Source: a virus
Virus record (IMG/VR): IMGVR_UViG_3300035681_000001
Location: 1-64,000 of that record
Length of the DNA: 64,000 nucleotides
Strand: one strand, 5' to 3'
Below, piece by piece: positions 44,775 through 54,071 of this stretch; the first letter of the stretch is position 1; every line of letters starts with the position of its first letter. The translations under genes and the position numbers were made by a program. The notes under the pieces are model-generated. The model searched no databases. It saw only the letters and a list, made by a program, of their open reading frames with translations, and was not told where the DNA came from.

Positions 44775-44796
44775 GGGGGCTTCGGCCCCCTTTTTT
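44775..44796 (+). terminator. intrinsic terminator
   Basis: GGGGGC-TTCG-GCCCCC-TTTTTT, ending 1 nt before the next ATG. Confidence 0.75.
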
Positions 44797-44797
44797 A

Positions 44798-46270
44798 ATG
44801 AAACCCACCGTTACTTTTGATGGAGCCACAGCTACACTAACTGACGTGCCCACGTGGGTACACCAAAACCTCTATGAATTACTGTCTTGGCAAGACAGTA
44901 GTATAAGTCACCAAAACTACAGAAATAGAAACTCCAGGTGGTTTGAACCTCAAGACGCTACGCGCAGTGTCTATGACCTGAGGACTTACCGATTTCCTAC
45001 TGGACTAGTCCCTAGGGTTGTTGCTCGTTTACGAACACTTAAAATAGAACCTGAACAAATAAGGGACTACAAACCCACTACGGTAACCGAACCTGAAATC
45101 CCAGATTGGGCTTTTGATCACCAACGTGAAGCTGTAGCCACCGCACTAACTACTAAAAGGTGCTTAATACAAGCACCAGCAGGTTCTGGTAAAACTTACA
45201 CTTTAGCTTTTCTAGCTTCAGCTTTTCCTCAGGCACAAATCTTAGTAACGATTCACTCTTCTAGTATCTTCAAAGGGCTCTATCAAACTTTTAGTGAATA
45301 CTTTCAAGAGCCCATAGGTCGAATAGGCGGGAGTAAAAAAGAGTGGCAGCGCATCACTATAGGAATGCAAAAGTCACTGGCGTTGTATGCACACACTGAC
45401 TTTAAGGAAAGGCTGCAAAACATAAACGTACTGCTTACTGACGAGTGTCATCATTTCGGTTGTAGTGAGGGGTTGAAGATCTCACTAGCCTGCCCTAAAA
45501 CTTCTTATCGAGTGGGAGTAAGTGCTACTGTCAAGAGAACTGACGGGGCTGATTTTTTAGTAGAAGGAGCTTTTGGTCCTTTAGCGTTAGTAATACCAGA
45601 AAGCAAGATGGTGGCTTTAGGGGTCATACACGCACCTAAAGCATGTTTTGTACACGTAGCTGCTTTAGACCTAAAAACAACAGCTGATATAGAAAAAGTC
45701 TGGGGTTCTAATCCTAGGGAAGGATTCTACCAAGAAGGTATCGTACGTAACCTGCAGCGCAACCAACTAGTAATCGAGTTGTTGTTAGCTTTTTTAAGCT
45801 CCCCTACACGAGGTGGAAACGCTTTAGTACTAGTAGAAAGGATAGAACACGGCCAAGAACTTCAAAGGTTATTAGCTGCACGTGGGAAAAAAGTGGAGTT
45901 TATTGAAGGCACTAACACTAAGGACGCCGTACGCGATAAGTGGTTGGAAGCGCTTAAACGCCAAGAAATAGATGCTTTGATCTCCAGTGCTATCTTAGAT
46001 GAAGGAGTTGACATCCCTGGCTTAGAGATAATATTTAACGCTGCAGGTGGTAGCTGCGAGCGGGCTGTAGTACAACGAGCAGGTAGACCTGGAAGAATAG
46101 ATCGAGTAGGTAGTAAAACGCGGTGTTTGTATGTAGACTTTGATGACCAAGAACCTGCCTTCCTGAACAAAAACTCTAGGTTTAGGCAACTGCATATCAA
46201 TGCCCGTTTTCCAGATTGTGTACAAAAAGTTAGTGCGACTACCCTAAAGAAAATATTCAATGAACCCTGA
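44798..46270 (+). CDS. UvsW-like SF2 (DEAD/H) helicase
   Basis: APAGSGKT, LTDECHH, SAT, LDEGVDIP and QRAGR motifs. Confidence 0.88.
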   Translation: MKPTVTFDGATATLTDVPTWVHQNLYELLSWQDSSISHQNYRNRNSRWFEPQDATRSVYDLRTYRFPTGLVPRVVARLRTLKIEPEQIRDYKPTTVTEPEIPDWAFDHQREAVATALTTKRCLIQAPAGSGKTYTLAFLASAFPQAQILVTIHSSSIFKGLYQTFSEYFQEPIGRIGGSKKEWQRITIGMQKSLALYAHTDFKERLQNINVLLTDECHHFGCSEGLKISLACPKTSYRVGVSATVKRTDGADFLVEGAFGPLALVIPESKMVALGVIHAPKACFVHVAALDLKTTADIEKVWGSNPREGFYQEGIVRNLQRNQLVIELLLAFLSSPTRGGNALVLVERIEHGQELQRLLAARGKKVEFIEGTNTKDAVRDKWLEALKRQEIDALISSAILDEGVDIPGLEIIFNAAGGSCERAVVQRAGRPGRIDRVGSKTRCLYVDFDDQEPAFLNKNSRFRQLHINARFPDCVQKVSATTLKKIFNEP

Positions 46271-46415
46271 TAAATTCCCAGGAGCTCTAGACACTCAAGC
46301 TGAAGTCCTAGCACTAGTAGGTAAACACGCTGTATCAGTAGGGTTACTAGATAACCCTACTGACTTAGAAACAGTACCTGCACCAGACTTAGTCTTACCT
46401 AAAGACATTCGGTAA
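46260..46415 (+). CDS. small hypothetical protein (51 aa)
   Basis: Not in the ORF track. MNPDKFPGALDTQAEVLALVGKHAVSVGLLDNPTDLETVPAPDLVLPKDIR, overlapping the helicase stop codon. Confidence 0.5.
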   Translation: MNPDKFPGALDTQAEVLALVGKHAVSVGLLDNPTDLETVPAPDLVLPKDIR

Positions 46416-46480
46416 CTAGGTCCCTAACTAACAACAACCTAAAAACAGTTAGTATTAGGTAGTATTTCTCCGTTAGTACT

Positions 46481-46735
46481 ATGTGGTTACCTAAGAAGCC
46501 TTATAACGGCAAAGACCCACAACAAGTAGCAGCTACTGCAGCTTCTGTTTGTGCCGGTCAAGTGCTACTAGCTTCATTGGTGCCACCCTTTCCACTACTA
46601 GTAATACCTACTAGTTTGTTGTTGGTTTTATGGTTAACTTATATGCCAGCTAAGAAAAAGAGTTTATCTACCACTTTAGTGGAACCTACGCCAACTATAA
46701 GATACGTTAATTCCTCCAGTAAGTTTCTTTTTTGA
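46481..46735 (+). CDS. small membrane protein
   Basis: 84 aa with a long hydrophobic stretch. Confidence 0.55.
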   Translation: MWLPKKPYNGKDPQQVAATAASVCAGQVLLASLVPPFPLLVIPTSLLLVLWLTYMPAKKKSLSTTLVEPTPTIRYVNSSSKFLF

Positions 46736-46789
46736 TTTAACTACTGTAGTACCACACCCACCAGTTAATTTTCAATTCCTTACGATCCA

Positions 46790-47410
46790 ATGCTTACTTA
46801 TTCAGGTTTAATTGACAAAGCTACTTTTGTAGCAGGAATGGAAGCTCACCGAGCAGCTAATCGTTTAGTTCAAGGGCAATATTGGGGGCCCGATCAACGA
46901 GGGTGTGCGGTTGGTTGTGGTCTACAAACTATCAATGAGAAGCTAGGTCGTAACGAATGGCGCGGTAACGAAAGAGTTTTAAGTACATACTTAGGGTGGC
47001 CAGTATGGTCCGTATACCTACAAGAAGAAATCTTTGAAACACTACCTAAAAGTGCTGCACTCGATTGGCCAGTTAAGTTAGCTGCAGCCATACCTACCGG
47101 AGTAGAGCTACAACCTGCAGCACGTAGAATTACATTGCGTGTGCTAGTAGAAATCTTAAAGACTAAAAACTGCCAAACAGGTTGGAGTTATGTAAAGTCT
47201 GCCCACGACGTTATTCACTGTTTTATTGACGCAATGATCGACCGGCACTTCTGGCGATCTAGTGATTATGCGTGGTATCCATTGATACACAACATGGTAG
47301 AAGTATTACACAAACCAAAACTAAAAGAAGAAGATTGGAATAAACTAAAACAAGAAGTTTGGGCTAAAATTGCCGAGATCACCCTTCAAGAAGTTTCCAA
47401 ATGTCGCTGA
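46790..47410 (+). CDS. conserved phage hypothetical protein
   Basis: H.A...LVQG.YW....GCAVGC motif, seen in a phage family of unknown function. Confidence 0.7.
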   Translation: MLTYSGLIDKATFVAGMEAHRAANRLVQGQYWGPDQRGCAVGCGLQTINEKLGRNEWRGNERVLSTYLGWPVWSVYLQEEIFETLPKSAALDWPVKLAAAIPTGVELQPAARRITLRVLVEILKTKNCQTGWSYVKSAHDVIHCFIDAMIDRHFWRSSDYAWYPLIHNMVEVLHKPKLKEEDWNKLKQEVWAKIAEITLQEVSKCR

Positions 47411-48141
47411 CCACAGACCCCTTGTTTAGAGTTGAGCTGCTTACGTGTACGCCCAACCCACAAACTGCCTTCTACCAAGCACTGCATCAAGATTACAGTT
47501 CCAGTTTTGTTGCGGATGCAACCCCACCTTCAGAGTCTGAAGCGGGGGAAATTTGTGTAAAAAGGTTACTAAATGGTAAGCGTAATCATTGGGGGCCTCT
47601 AGAACATGCTATGATTACACTTAATGCAGGCTGGTTCCCGCATAGCGTAATGGTTCAAGCCCGTACTCATCGCATCGGGACCTCTATGGATTGTCAGTCG
47701 ATGAGATATACATCTGGTTCCATTATTAAGGCAGCAAATGCAGAATCACCCTACTTAGAAGTAGAACAAGCCTTTTACTTAAGGCAACCTGGAGATTATA
47801 CAGATCGTCAAGGAGCTAGGTATACTTATACTGCAGAACAACGAGCTGAAGACCTGCAGTATTGTTGGTTAGCAGCAAAACGTTATGCTTCTAAGATCAA
47901 CCAAGGTTGGGCAGAAGAACACGCTCGTGGGCTGTTACCTTCAGACTACCGTCAGCACTTTGTATTCAGTTTTAGCTTGCGAGCCATATTACACTTCTTT
48001 GATATGCGCTCAAAACTAGATGCACAATCAGAGATTAGGCAGCTGTGTGATTTAATGTGGCCTCACGTTGAATTATGGGTACCAGAGATTGCAGCTTTCT
48101 ACAGAAAAAACAATTGGGGCAAAGCCTTGTTGTCTCCTTAA
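47401..48141 (+). CDS. thyX: flavin-dependent thymidylate synthase
   Basis: HWGPLEH, QARTHRIG.S.D.QS.RY, EHARGLLP and DAQSEIR motifs. Confidence 0.92.
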   Translation: MSLTTDPLFRVELLTCTPNPQTAFYQALHQDYSSSFVADATPPSESEAGEICVKRLLNGKRNHWGPLEHAMITLNAGWFPHSVMVQARTHRIGTSMDCQSMRYTSGSIIKAANAESPYLEVEQAFYLRQPGDYTDRQGARYTYTAEQRAEDLQYCWLAAKRYASKINQGWAEEHARGLLPSDYRQHFVFSFSLRAILHFFDMRSKLDAQSEIRQLCDLMWPHVELWVPEIAAFYRKNNWGKALLSP

Positions 48142-48282
48142 GCCACAAATCCTACGCACTTGCATGTTAGGTTTAAACATTGCGCTTACTAGCCAAGTTT
48201 ACGACCTTGCGATACAAGAGGACAGGGCGTAAATTACTTAAAGCCTGACCAATCCAACCCCTGTTCTTTTCCGCTCATTCAA

Positions 48283-48591
48283 ATGGAGTCTGACGACTTC
48301 CTCAAGCAGTACCAGCAGGAATGCCGGCCAACCGAGCAGGAGTTCAAAGCCGTTGAACTGGCCGAACGCTACGACCGCAAAACAGAAGCCTATGACCGCA
48401 CGATATGCACGGGCCCGATTCGTTACGGCTCGGTGATGCCGAGTTGCCTACACGAAATGGCGATGTCGAACCGCAACGCCATCGAGGTGCGCAGGTAGAT
48501 CATGAGAAAGGCGGCGCAGCACGGCATTAGCCAGCAGGACATGACGCACGCCATCAAACGCCAGGATTTAGCTAATGGCGCAGCAAGTTAA
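48283..48591 (+). pseudogene. GC-rich ORF interrupted by an in-frame TAG at 48496-48498
   Basis: The frame continues after the TAG as IMRKAAQHGISQQDMTHAIKRQDLANGAAS with the same GC-rich codon style. Confidence 0.45.
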
Positions 48592-49054
48592 AACGCCACC
48601 AATTGCCGCCTGTGCAAGGTGTGGTGCAAAAGCAATGTGTATTGACTGGGATTTTGACGGTAAGCATCGAGTTTGGTGTGACAATAATCATGTATCAACC
48701 AAGGAATGCGGTTCACGGCATCGCGCAATATGTCTCTGGAATAACGCTCAGATAAAGCTTCAACCCTCCACTTCTGCTCACTCAAAAATGACCGACCCCA
48801 CCCCCAACGACCTCCCAGTGTCTACGCCGCTATCACCCGATGCTCAGTTCGTGCTAGATGCCGTCTTTGACCAATGGCCAGGTGGGCACAACCACCCCGG
48901 AAAGCCGCGATGCGTTGCCGCCGCCCTTCGTGCTGCCTCTGCTCGAATGATGCGCTTAGGTTACGACAGTGTTAATTCAAAGTACCTAGAAGGTATTGAA
49001 GCATCTTCAGATTTACTAGATCAAATCGCCACCGAACTGGAGAACCAACCATGA
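48575..49054 (+). CDS. hypothetical protein (Zn-ribbon-like N-terminus, possibly a fusion of two small genes)
   Basis: CARCG...C...H..T..C...AI..WN (Lar-like pattern), followed by an internal MTDPTPND...LSPDAQ.VLDA segment. Confidence 0.55.
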   Translation: MAQQVKTPPIAACARCGAKAMCIDWDFDGKHRVWCDNNHVSTKECGSRHRAICLWNNAQIKLQPSTSAHSKMTDPTPNDLPVSTPLSPDAQFVLDAVFDQWPGGHNHPGKPRCVAAALRAASARMMRLGYDSVNSKYLEGIEASSDLLDQIATELENQP

Positions 49055-49278
49055 CCCCCACCTTCCGCGAATTGTGCGCTGTTGTGGGCTGCACCGAAGA
49101 GCTTCGCGCCGCCCTGGCTCAGCCCGAGCCGGTGGCACCTACGGATCAGGAGATCATTGCCTTTTGGTCTGAGCACTGTGCAGGCGATGGAGACGCAGGC
49201 ATCCTGCGCCTTGCCCGTAGGGCACACCCGCCAACAATACTACAGGAACACACTAATGACCAAACAAGACATCATTGA
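49051..49278 (+). CDS. small cyanophage-type hypothetical protein
   Basis: MT..FR.LCA....L..ALAQPEP.APTD.E family motif. GC-rich. Confidence 0.6.
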   Translation: MTPTFRELCAVVGCTEELRAALAQPEPVAPTDQEIIAFWSEHCAGDGDAGILRLARRAHPPTILQEHTNDQTRHH

Positions 49279-49483
49279 AAAGCTGCAGAACGGTTGGGAC
49301 TTGGCTAATCGTGGCCGTGGCTGGTGGATCAGCGCTCCTCATATTGCTTACAAACACACAGAAACCTACGAGATCGAAGAGTCCATAGTGAAAGCCATGA
49401 AAAATGAAGGGATCATTGAGCTTGAATTGCCCTACACAACTTTGTGGGCACGACTTGTAAACCCCACTAGAGAGGAGAGCTAA
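49256..49483 (+). CDS. hypothetical protein (75 aa)
   Basis: ATG 49256 within track ORF 49082-49483: MTKQDIIEKLQNGWDL... Confidence 0.6.
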   Translation: MTKQDIIEKLQNGWDLANRGRGWWISAPHIAYKHTETYEIEESIVKAMKNEGIIELELPYTTLWARLVNPTREES

Positions 49484-49486
49484 TTA

Positions 49487-49852
49487 ATGGCTGATTTATC
49501 TTTCGCCGCTCAGAAAGAGCGGCGAGCAGCTAATGACCTAAAAATGACTAAATCAACAACAGATAACCTACTTGGATCAGACGGCCCTTATGAAGAAGGA
49601 AGTATGTTTTTTGCATACCATCATTACGCAAGTCAAAAAACTAAAATGACCACAGATGCCCTAGGTAACACTCTAAGTGTTGGAGATACTGTAGTTCTGG
49701 TAGAACCCAAAGTCTACGGTAAGTACCACGGCCTCACTACAGGAATAATCAAAAAGATTACCAGCTGCTATTTTTTCGTAGAAATCACAGCCGATCACCC
49801 TCATAAAGGTCGCGTAGTACCTAAAAAGGGTGATCAGCTTGCTACATACTGA
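49487..49852 (+). CDS. hypothetical protein
   Basis: 121 aa. The C-terminal DALGN.LSVGDTVV motif is SH3-like. Confidence 0.6.
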   Translation: MADLSFAAQKERRAANDLKMTKSTTDNLLGSDGPYEEGSMFFAYHHYASQKTKMTTDALGNTLSVGDTVVLVEPKVYGKYHGLTTGIIKKITSCYFFVEITADHPHKGRVVPKKGDQLATY

Positions 49853-50318
49853 AAGCTTTAGCACACTCAAATCAGACAAAATTACTTCCAACAGTACTAT
49901 GACATCCGACAGATACAACTCAATAACTCGTGCATCACAAGCAACTTATAAAACTCAACTAACAAAAGTCAAGATCAAAGCTGGACCTGATCCAGTTTAC
50001 CTAGTAGCCATAGTGGTAAACGACAATGACTACTACTTTACTTTCTATAACCTACTAGAAACTGTTGTTCGAGTTCTTAAGTGGAGACCTAAGGCCTCAA
50101 AGGAACACATAGAATACCTAATAAAACAAGGTATCAAATATCACTACCTAGCTTTTCAAGCTACTGAAGAATCCAATCTTGAAGCGCAGGAGAGTTACTT
50201 ACTGAAAAAAGTTCAAATACTTTTTAATGAAGAAGCTCAAAAAGATATTGAAACAAAAGATCATGACCACGGGGCATGGTACTTAGTGACACATTCAAGT
50301 CTAATCAACAGCTATTAA
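49830..50318 (+). CDS. hypothetical protein
   Basis: 162-aa ORF with an uncertain start. Confidence 0.6.
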   Translation: MISLLHTESFSTLKSDKITSNSTMTSDRYNSITRASQATYKTQLTKVKIKAGPDPVYLVAIVVNDNDYYFTFYNLLETVVRVLKWRPKASKEHIEYLIKQGIKYHYLAFQATEESNLEAQESYLLKKVQILFNEEAQKDIETKDHDHGAWYLVTHSSLINSY

Positions 50319-50347
50319 CTCACACTTTTAGCTCCTTACAACCATAA

Positions 50348-50818
50348 ATGACAAACCCTCACACAACTCAACCTAAATCCTCACTAAAAAATACCAGAGG
50401 TTACGCAGCTGTAGGACTGTATAAACCTAAGACTCCTGAAAATGTAGGAGCTGCTATACGTGCAGCTTATTGTTATGGAGCTGTATTTGTAGCTCAAAGT
50501 GGTGTCCGTTATGAAGGTAGTGCTCTAGATACTGCCAAAGGTCACAGACACCTACCCCTACTTACAGTAGACAGTCTAATTAACACCATACCTCATGATT
50601 GTGTGGGGGTGGCCGTAGACCTACTGCCTAACGCTCGGAGCCTAGTAGACTACACACACCCAGAACGAGCTCTTTACGTGTTCGGTCCTGAAGACGGAAC
50701 GCTACCTGCAGAGCTCGTAGAACACTGCAAAGACGTAGTATACGTACCTACTAGGTACTGTATGAACCTGGCAGCTACGGTAAATGTTGTTTTGTACGAT
50801 CGTTTAGCCAAAACATGA
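50348..50818 (+). CDS. SpoU/TrmH-family RNA methyltransferase
   Basis: PKTPENVGAAIRAA, YVFGPEDG and PT..CMNLAATV (SPOUT motifs). Confidence 0.88.
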   Translation: MTNPHTTQPKSSLKNTRGYAAVGLYKPKTPENVGAAIRAAYCYGAVFVAQSGVRYEGSALDTAKGHRHLPLLTVDSLINTIPHDCVGVAVDLLPNARSLVDYTHPERALYVFGPEDGTLPAELVEHCKDVVYVPTRYCMNLAATVNVVLYDRLAKT

Positions 50819-51276
50819 TTCAGTTGCAAAAACTGTTTAAAAGAACTCGTAAAACTACACTTGACCTGCAGCACCCAACACCAAACCTACAACACGTCGG
50901 TTTAGCCACTGAAGAAGAACTTAAAAAGTTTGCTCTAAAACACGGTGGGGGCTACTACAACTGTGATTGTCAAGAAGAAGCTGATGCATTAACTAGAACA
51001 CACGTGGATTTTGCTAAAAAACTACTAGAGCAGTACGGTAGCTGCGTGGAAAATAATGAAGTGTCAGTGGAACGTGAGGTTTACCCTTTTATCATCAGCT
51101 TTGGTGAAAGTTACACTATCACCCTTCCTAACGGAGGTCAATATAACTTTAGTGTTGACAACCAAGGAACAATACGTGTTGCTTGTGTAGAAGGTGATTC
51201 ACATGCACTTTTCTACATACCTAAAAACTGCGTACAGTACTTCATAGACGGACTGCTGAAACTCAAACAAGATTGA
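50815..51276 (+). CDS. hypothetical protein
   Basis: 153 aa with an ATGA overlap. Confidence 0.65.
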   Translation: MIQLQKLFKRTRKTTLDLQHPTPNLQHVGLATEEELKKFALKHGGGYYNCDCQEEADALTRTHVDFAKKLLEQYGSCVENNEVSVEREVYPFIISFGESYTITLPNGGQYNFSVDNQGTIRVACVEGDSHALFYIPKNCVQYFIDGLLKLKQD

Positions 51277-51298
51277 AGCAACTGACTTGACCAATTCA

Positions 51299-51473
51299 AT
51301 GAAAAAACTAAAAGGTCTAGTGACCAGTAGCCGCAGTTCTAATTTTGTCAGGCTGGGGTACAGGAATTATCTTAGCCGGCGGATTCTGGAATACAGTAGG
51401 AGCTACTGTATTCTTTCCTTATGGAGTTGCAGTAGCAACTCGTGTAGTACTCAAGCACTTTAACGTATTATGA
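51299..51473 (+). pseudogene. small membrane-protein gene with an apparent 1-nt insertion at about 51323
   Basis: Removing one base joins MKKLKGLV to PVAAVLILSGWGTGIILAGGFWNTVGATVFFPYGVAVATRVVLKHFNVL, whose TGA overlaps the next ATG (ATGA). Confidence 0.45.
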
Positions 51474-51679
51474 CTGCCGAGCCTTTGATAACAGCTCAAA
51501 AAATGACTGCCAAGGACGGTACCACCTTAGGCTGGTACTTTTGTCATCCAGAATTTTACTGTGACTTTGAGCTAGAAAACGGAGTTTGGAGCGTGTACTT
51601 CAGAGATAGAACAAATCAGGCTAAAAACAGCGAGGTTTATGCTGAGACAACAAGCAACAGAAAGGCTGCTCCTCCTTAA
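51470..51679 (+). CDS. hypothetical protein
   Basis: 69-aa ORF. Confidence 0.6.
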   Translation: MTAEPLITAQKMTAKDGTTLGWYFCHPEFYCDFELENGVWSVYFRDRTNQAKNSEVYAETTSNRKAAPP

Positions 51680-51914
51680 GGCAGTACTACCTATGAAGGT
51701 AAACTTACGTTTACACGACGGTGTAACTAACCAAGAAATAAAACTCTTCCCAACCCCAAGTAGGATTACGTTCCAATGTTTAGCTGAAGCCGAGCCTGCT
51801 AAGATACGTGAACGTTATTTAAAATGGCTGGCCACTAAACTACCTGCAGAAATAGTAAGCCCACACGTATCAGAAGTGCTAGCTGTTAAAAAACCTAAGT
51901 TCTCAAAAGACTAA
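51639..51914 (+). CDS. hypothetical protein
   Basis: 91-aa ORF. The true start may be the internal MKVNLRL. Confidence 0.55.
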   Translation: MLRQQATERLLLLKAVLPMKVNLRLHDGVTNQEIKLFPTPSRITFQCLAEAEPAKIRERYLKWLATKLPAEIVSPHVSEVLAVKKPKFSKD

Positions 51915-51938
51915 AAAAAGTAAAGCGTAAGAAAACCA

Positions 51939-52763
51939 ATGCTAACTACACACAGCCTAATTCTACAAAAACTAGAAACAGTAGCTACAGAACAAGCAAT
52001 AAGCATTATATATGCTACAGAATCTGGTTCTAGAGCTTGGGGATTTGAGTCTCCAGATTCAGACTGGGACGTAAGGTTTTTCTACTTGCGTCCTACTGAT
52101 TACTATTTACTTAACTTTGAGTCTGCAAAAAGAGACTGTATTGATGCAGTAGAGTATCCTGTTCAGTCAGACAACATAGACCTTTCAGGATGGGACTTAC
52201 ATAAAACGTGCAGGTTACTACTAAAATCAAATCCAGCGGCTTTAGAGTGGTTGAATTCTCCACTAGTCTACGTTAACCAGTGTCAACTACAGCAACAATT
52301 AAAAGCCCTAATACCTTTAGTGTACAACCGCCGGTCGGCAATGTACCACTACCAACACATGGCTCAAGTAAATTGGAGAAAGTACATATCAAAGAAGAAT
52401 CCGCTGTTACTCAAAAAGTACCTATACGTACTGAGACCTATATTTGCAATGCAGTGGATAGAAGCCTACGAGAGTCCAGTACCTATGCTGTTCGATGAAT
52501 TAGTAAGTGCTGTAAATTTACCCACAGCAGTAAAAACAGAACTGGACGATCTGCTAGCACTTAAACGAGCAAGCTCAGAAAAAGAATATGGTGCACCTCT
52601 GCCAGCTATACATTCTTACATAGCTGATCACATAGACTCACCCTCACGTATAGTGGCCACTCGTACGCCGCAAGCTACTGAAGCTGCTAAAGCAGCAATA
52701 AGACAAGTTTTCTTTGAAACCTTAAGACTAATAAATGGTAGGTACCTGCCACTACCTAACTAA
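51939..52763 (+). CDS. RlaP/YcgL-like Pol-beta-family nucleotidyltransferase
   Basis: YATESGSRAWGFESPDSDWDVRF, DLSGWDL.K...LL.KSNP...EWL.SP and KKYLYVLRP motifs. Confidence 0.88.
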   Translation: MLTTHSLILQKLETVATEQAISIIYATESGSRAWGFESPDSDWDVRFFYLRPTDYYLLNFESAKRDCIDAVEYPVQSDNIDLSGWDLHKTCRLLLKSNPAALEWLNSPLVYVNQCQLQQQLKALIPLVYNRRSAMYHYQHMAQVNWRKYISKKNPLLLKKYLYVLRPIFAMQWIEAYESPVPMLFDELVSAVNLPTAVKTELDDLLALKRASSEKEYGAPLPAIHSYIADHIDSPSRIVATRTPQATEAAKAAIRQVFFETLRLINGRYLPLPN

Positions 52764-52777
52764 CTAAAATAAACCCA

Positions 52778-52846
52778 GGGTCGTTAGCTCAGTAGATTAG
52801 AGCTGCCCTAAAACATTAGCCATTGGTTCGAATCCAATACGACCCG
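52778..52846 (+). pseudogene. tRNA-like element with a truncated anticodon arm
   Basis: Acceptor GGGTCGT/ACGACCC, D-stem GCTC/GAGC and T-arm ATTGG-TTCGAAT-CCAAT are perfect. Only 18 nt separate the D and T arms (about 23 expected), and there is no canonical anticodon stem. Confidence 0.7.
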
Positions 52847-52880
52847 TTAACCCAAGTTAAACCACCTAGTCTCAGTCCTA

Positions 52881-54071
52881 ATGAATGCCGCTGCACTTCA
52901 AGAAATTCTGACTCTGAGTCAAGTAGCTAAAAGTTACGGTATCGAACTAGGTGGTAATGAGTCTCAGACCTGCCCTTTTTGTGGCGGTGCTCGACAACTA
53001 CGTACTACCCGAAACCGTTGGTATAAGTGCTACAAATGCAACCGTAAAGGAGACATATACCAACTGCTACAAGACCTAAAAGTTACTAATAGCTTTAAAG
53101 AATCTTTCAACATACTAAAACGTCAAGCTGTTAATTCCCCTGAATACAAAGCTTATCGCTTTAGAGTTGACGTACTAACCAGAGCTTTTGAAGCTTACCG
53201 ACAGCGAGTTGTAGTAAAACCAGATGCCCCGCTAGGGTATTATGCTGGCCGGGGTTGGACTTTTAGGCACGGAGAAATAGGTTACGCAGATTCACACCAT
53301 ACCTTACGTAACGCAGGGTTCAGCGTGGAAGAACTAACTGCGGTAAGCTTAATAGCCTACGGTACTGAAGTATACTCAAACCACTTAATATTCCCCATAC
53401 ACAACTACGAAGGTGAAGTGGTTCACTTTTCAGCTCGTGCTCTAGACCCTACTGATGAGCTTAGATGGAAACATACTTCTGGTACACCACGTATTAACAA
53501 CTTTTTGTACGCAGCTAACAACTTAAAAGAGTCCAGCTACGCTGTAATATGCGAGGGTATTTCAGACACTCGCTCGCTAATAGAACTCGGTGAGCCTGCT
53601 GTAGGTGTACTCGGTGTCACTATACCCCTAGTACAACATGCTAACTTGTTTCGACATTGCAAGTGCCTAGTGGCTTTCTTTGATCGAGACCGTTACGCCA
53701 AAGGAACTGAAAAAGAAGGTCAATACAAATCCTGGTCTCAGGTCACACCACACCTAATAGATCTAGCTGTAGAACTCAAGATCCCAGTGTTGTGTTTGAT
53801 GACACCAGATTGGTCTGGCGTCAAAGATGCTAACGAATACCTCAGTGCTATAGACTATGACCTAAGCACTTATCAAAAGTGGGCATCCAAGTCTTACCAG
53901 CACTTACACGTACTAGCTGCAGAAATACACACTAACGACTTAAGTCAGCACCCTAATTTGTGGAGACTGCACGCTGCAGTACCTAACGCACCAGCCTTAG
54001 AACAATTACAAAACACGATACTACAACAGCACACCAGTTGGGCAGACTACCTTTTAGCACTACATGCCTAA
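52881..54071 (+). CDS. DnaG-like DNA primase (zinc finger plus TOPRIM)
   Basis: CPFCG...YKCYKC, LIFPI, FSARAL, VICEG..D and FDRD motifs. Confidence 0.88.
   Translation: MNAAALQEILTLSQVAKSYGIELGGNESQTCPFCGGARQLRTTRNRWYKCYKCNRKGDIYQLLQDLKVTNSFKESFNILKRQAVNSPEYKAYRFRVDVLTRAFEAYRQRVVVKPDAPLGYYAGRGWTFRHGEIGYADSHHTLRNAGFSVEELTAVSLIAYGTEVYSNHLIFPIHNYEGEVVHFSARALDPTDELRWKHTSGTPRINNFLYAANNLKESSYAVICEGISDTRSLIELGEPAVGVLGVTIPLVQHANLFRHCKCLVAFFDRDRYAKGTEKEGQYKSWSQVTPHLIDLAVELKIPVLCLMTPDWSGVKDANEYLSAIDYDLSTYQKWASKSYQHLHVLAAEIHTNDLSQHPNLWRLHAAVPNAPALEQLQNTILQQHTSWADYLLALHA

Noticed and set aside
43461-46314. Long antisense ORFs (43461-44189, 45862-46314) and other shadow ORFs such as 335-523 and 776-2535
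   Set aside because: They lie entirely opposite or inside well-supported genes and show no recognisable motifs.
52804-52821. CTA triplet in the tRNA-like element as an amber suppressor anticodon
   Set aside because: There is no 5-bp stem, no U33 and the spacing is wrong, so it cannot be positioned as an anticodon.
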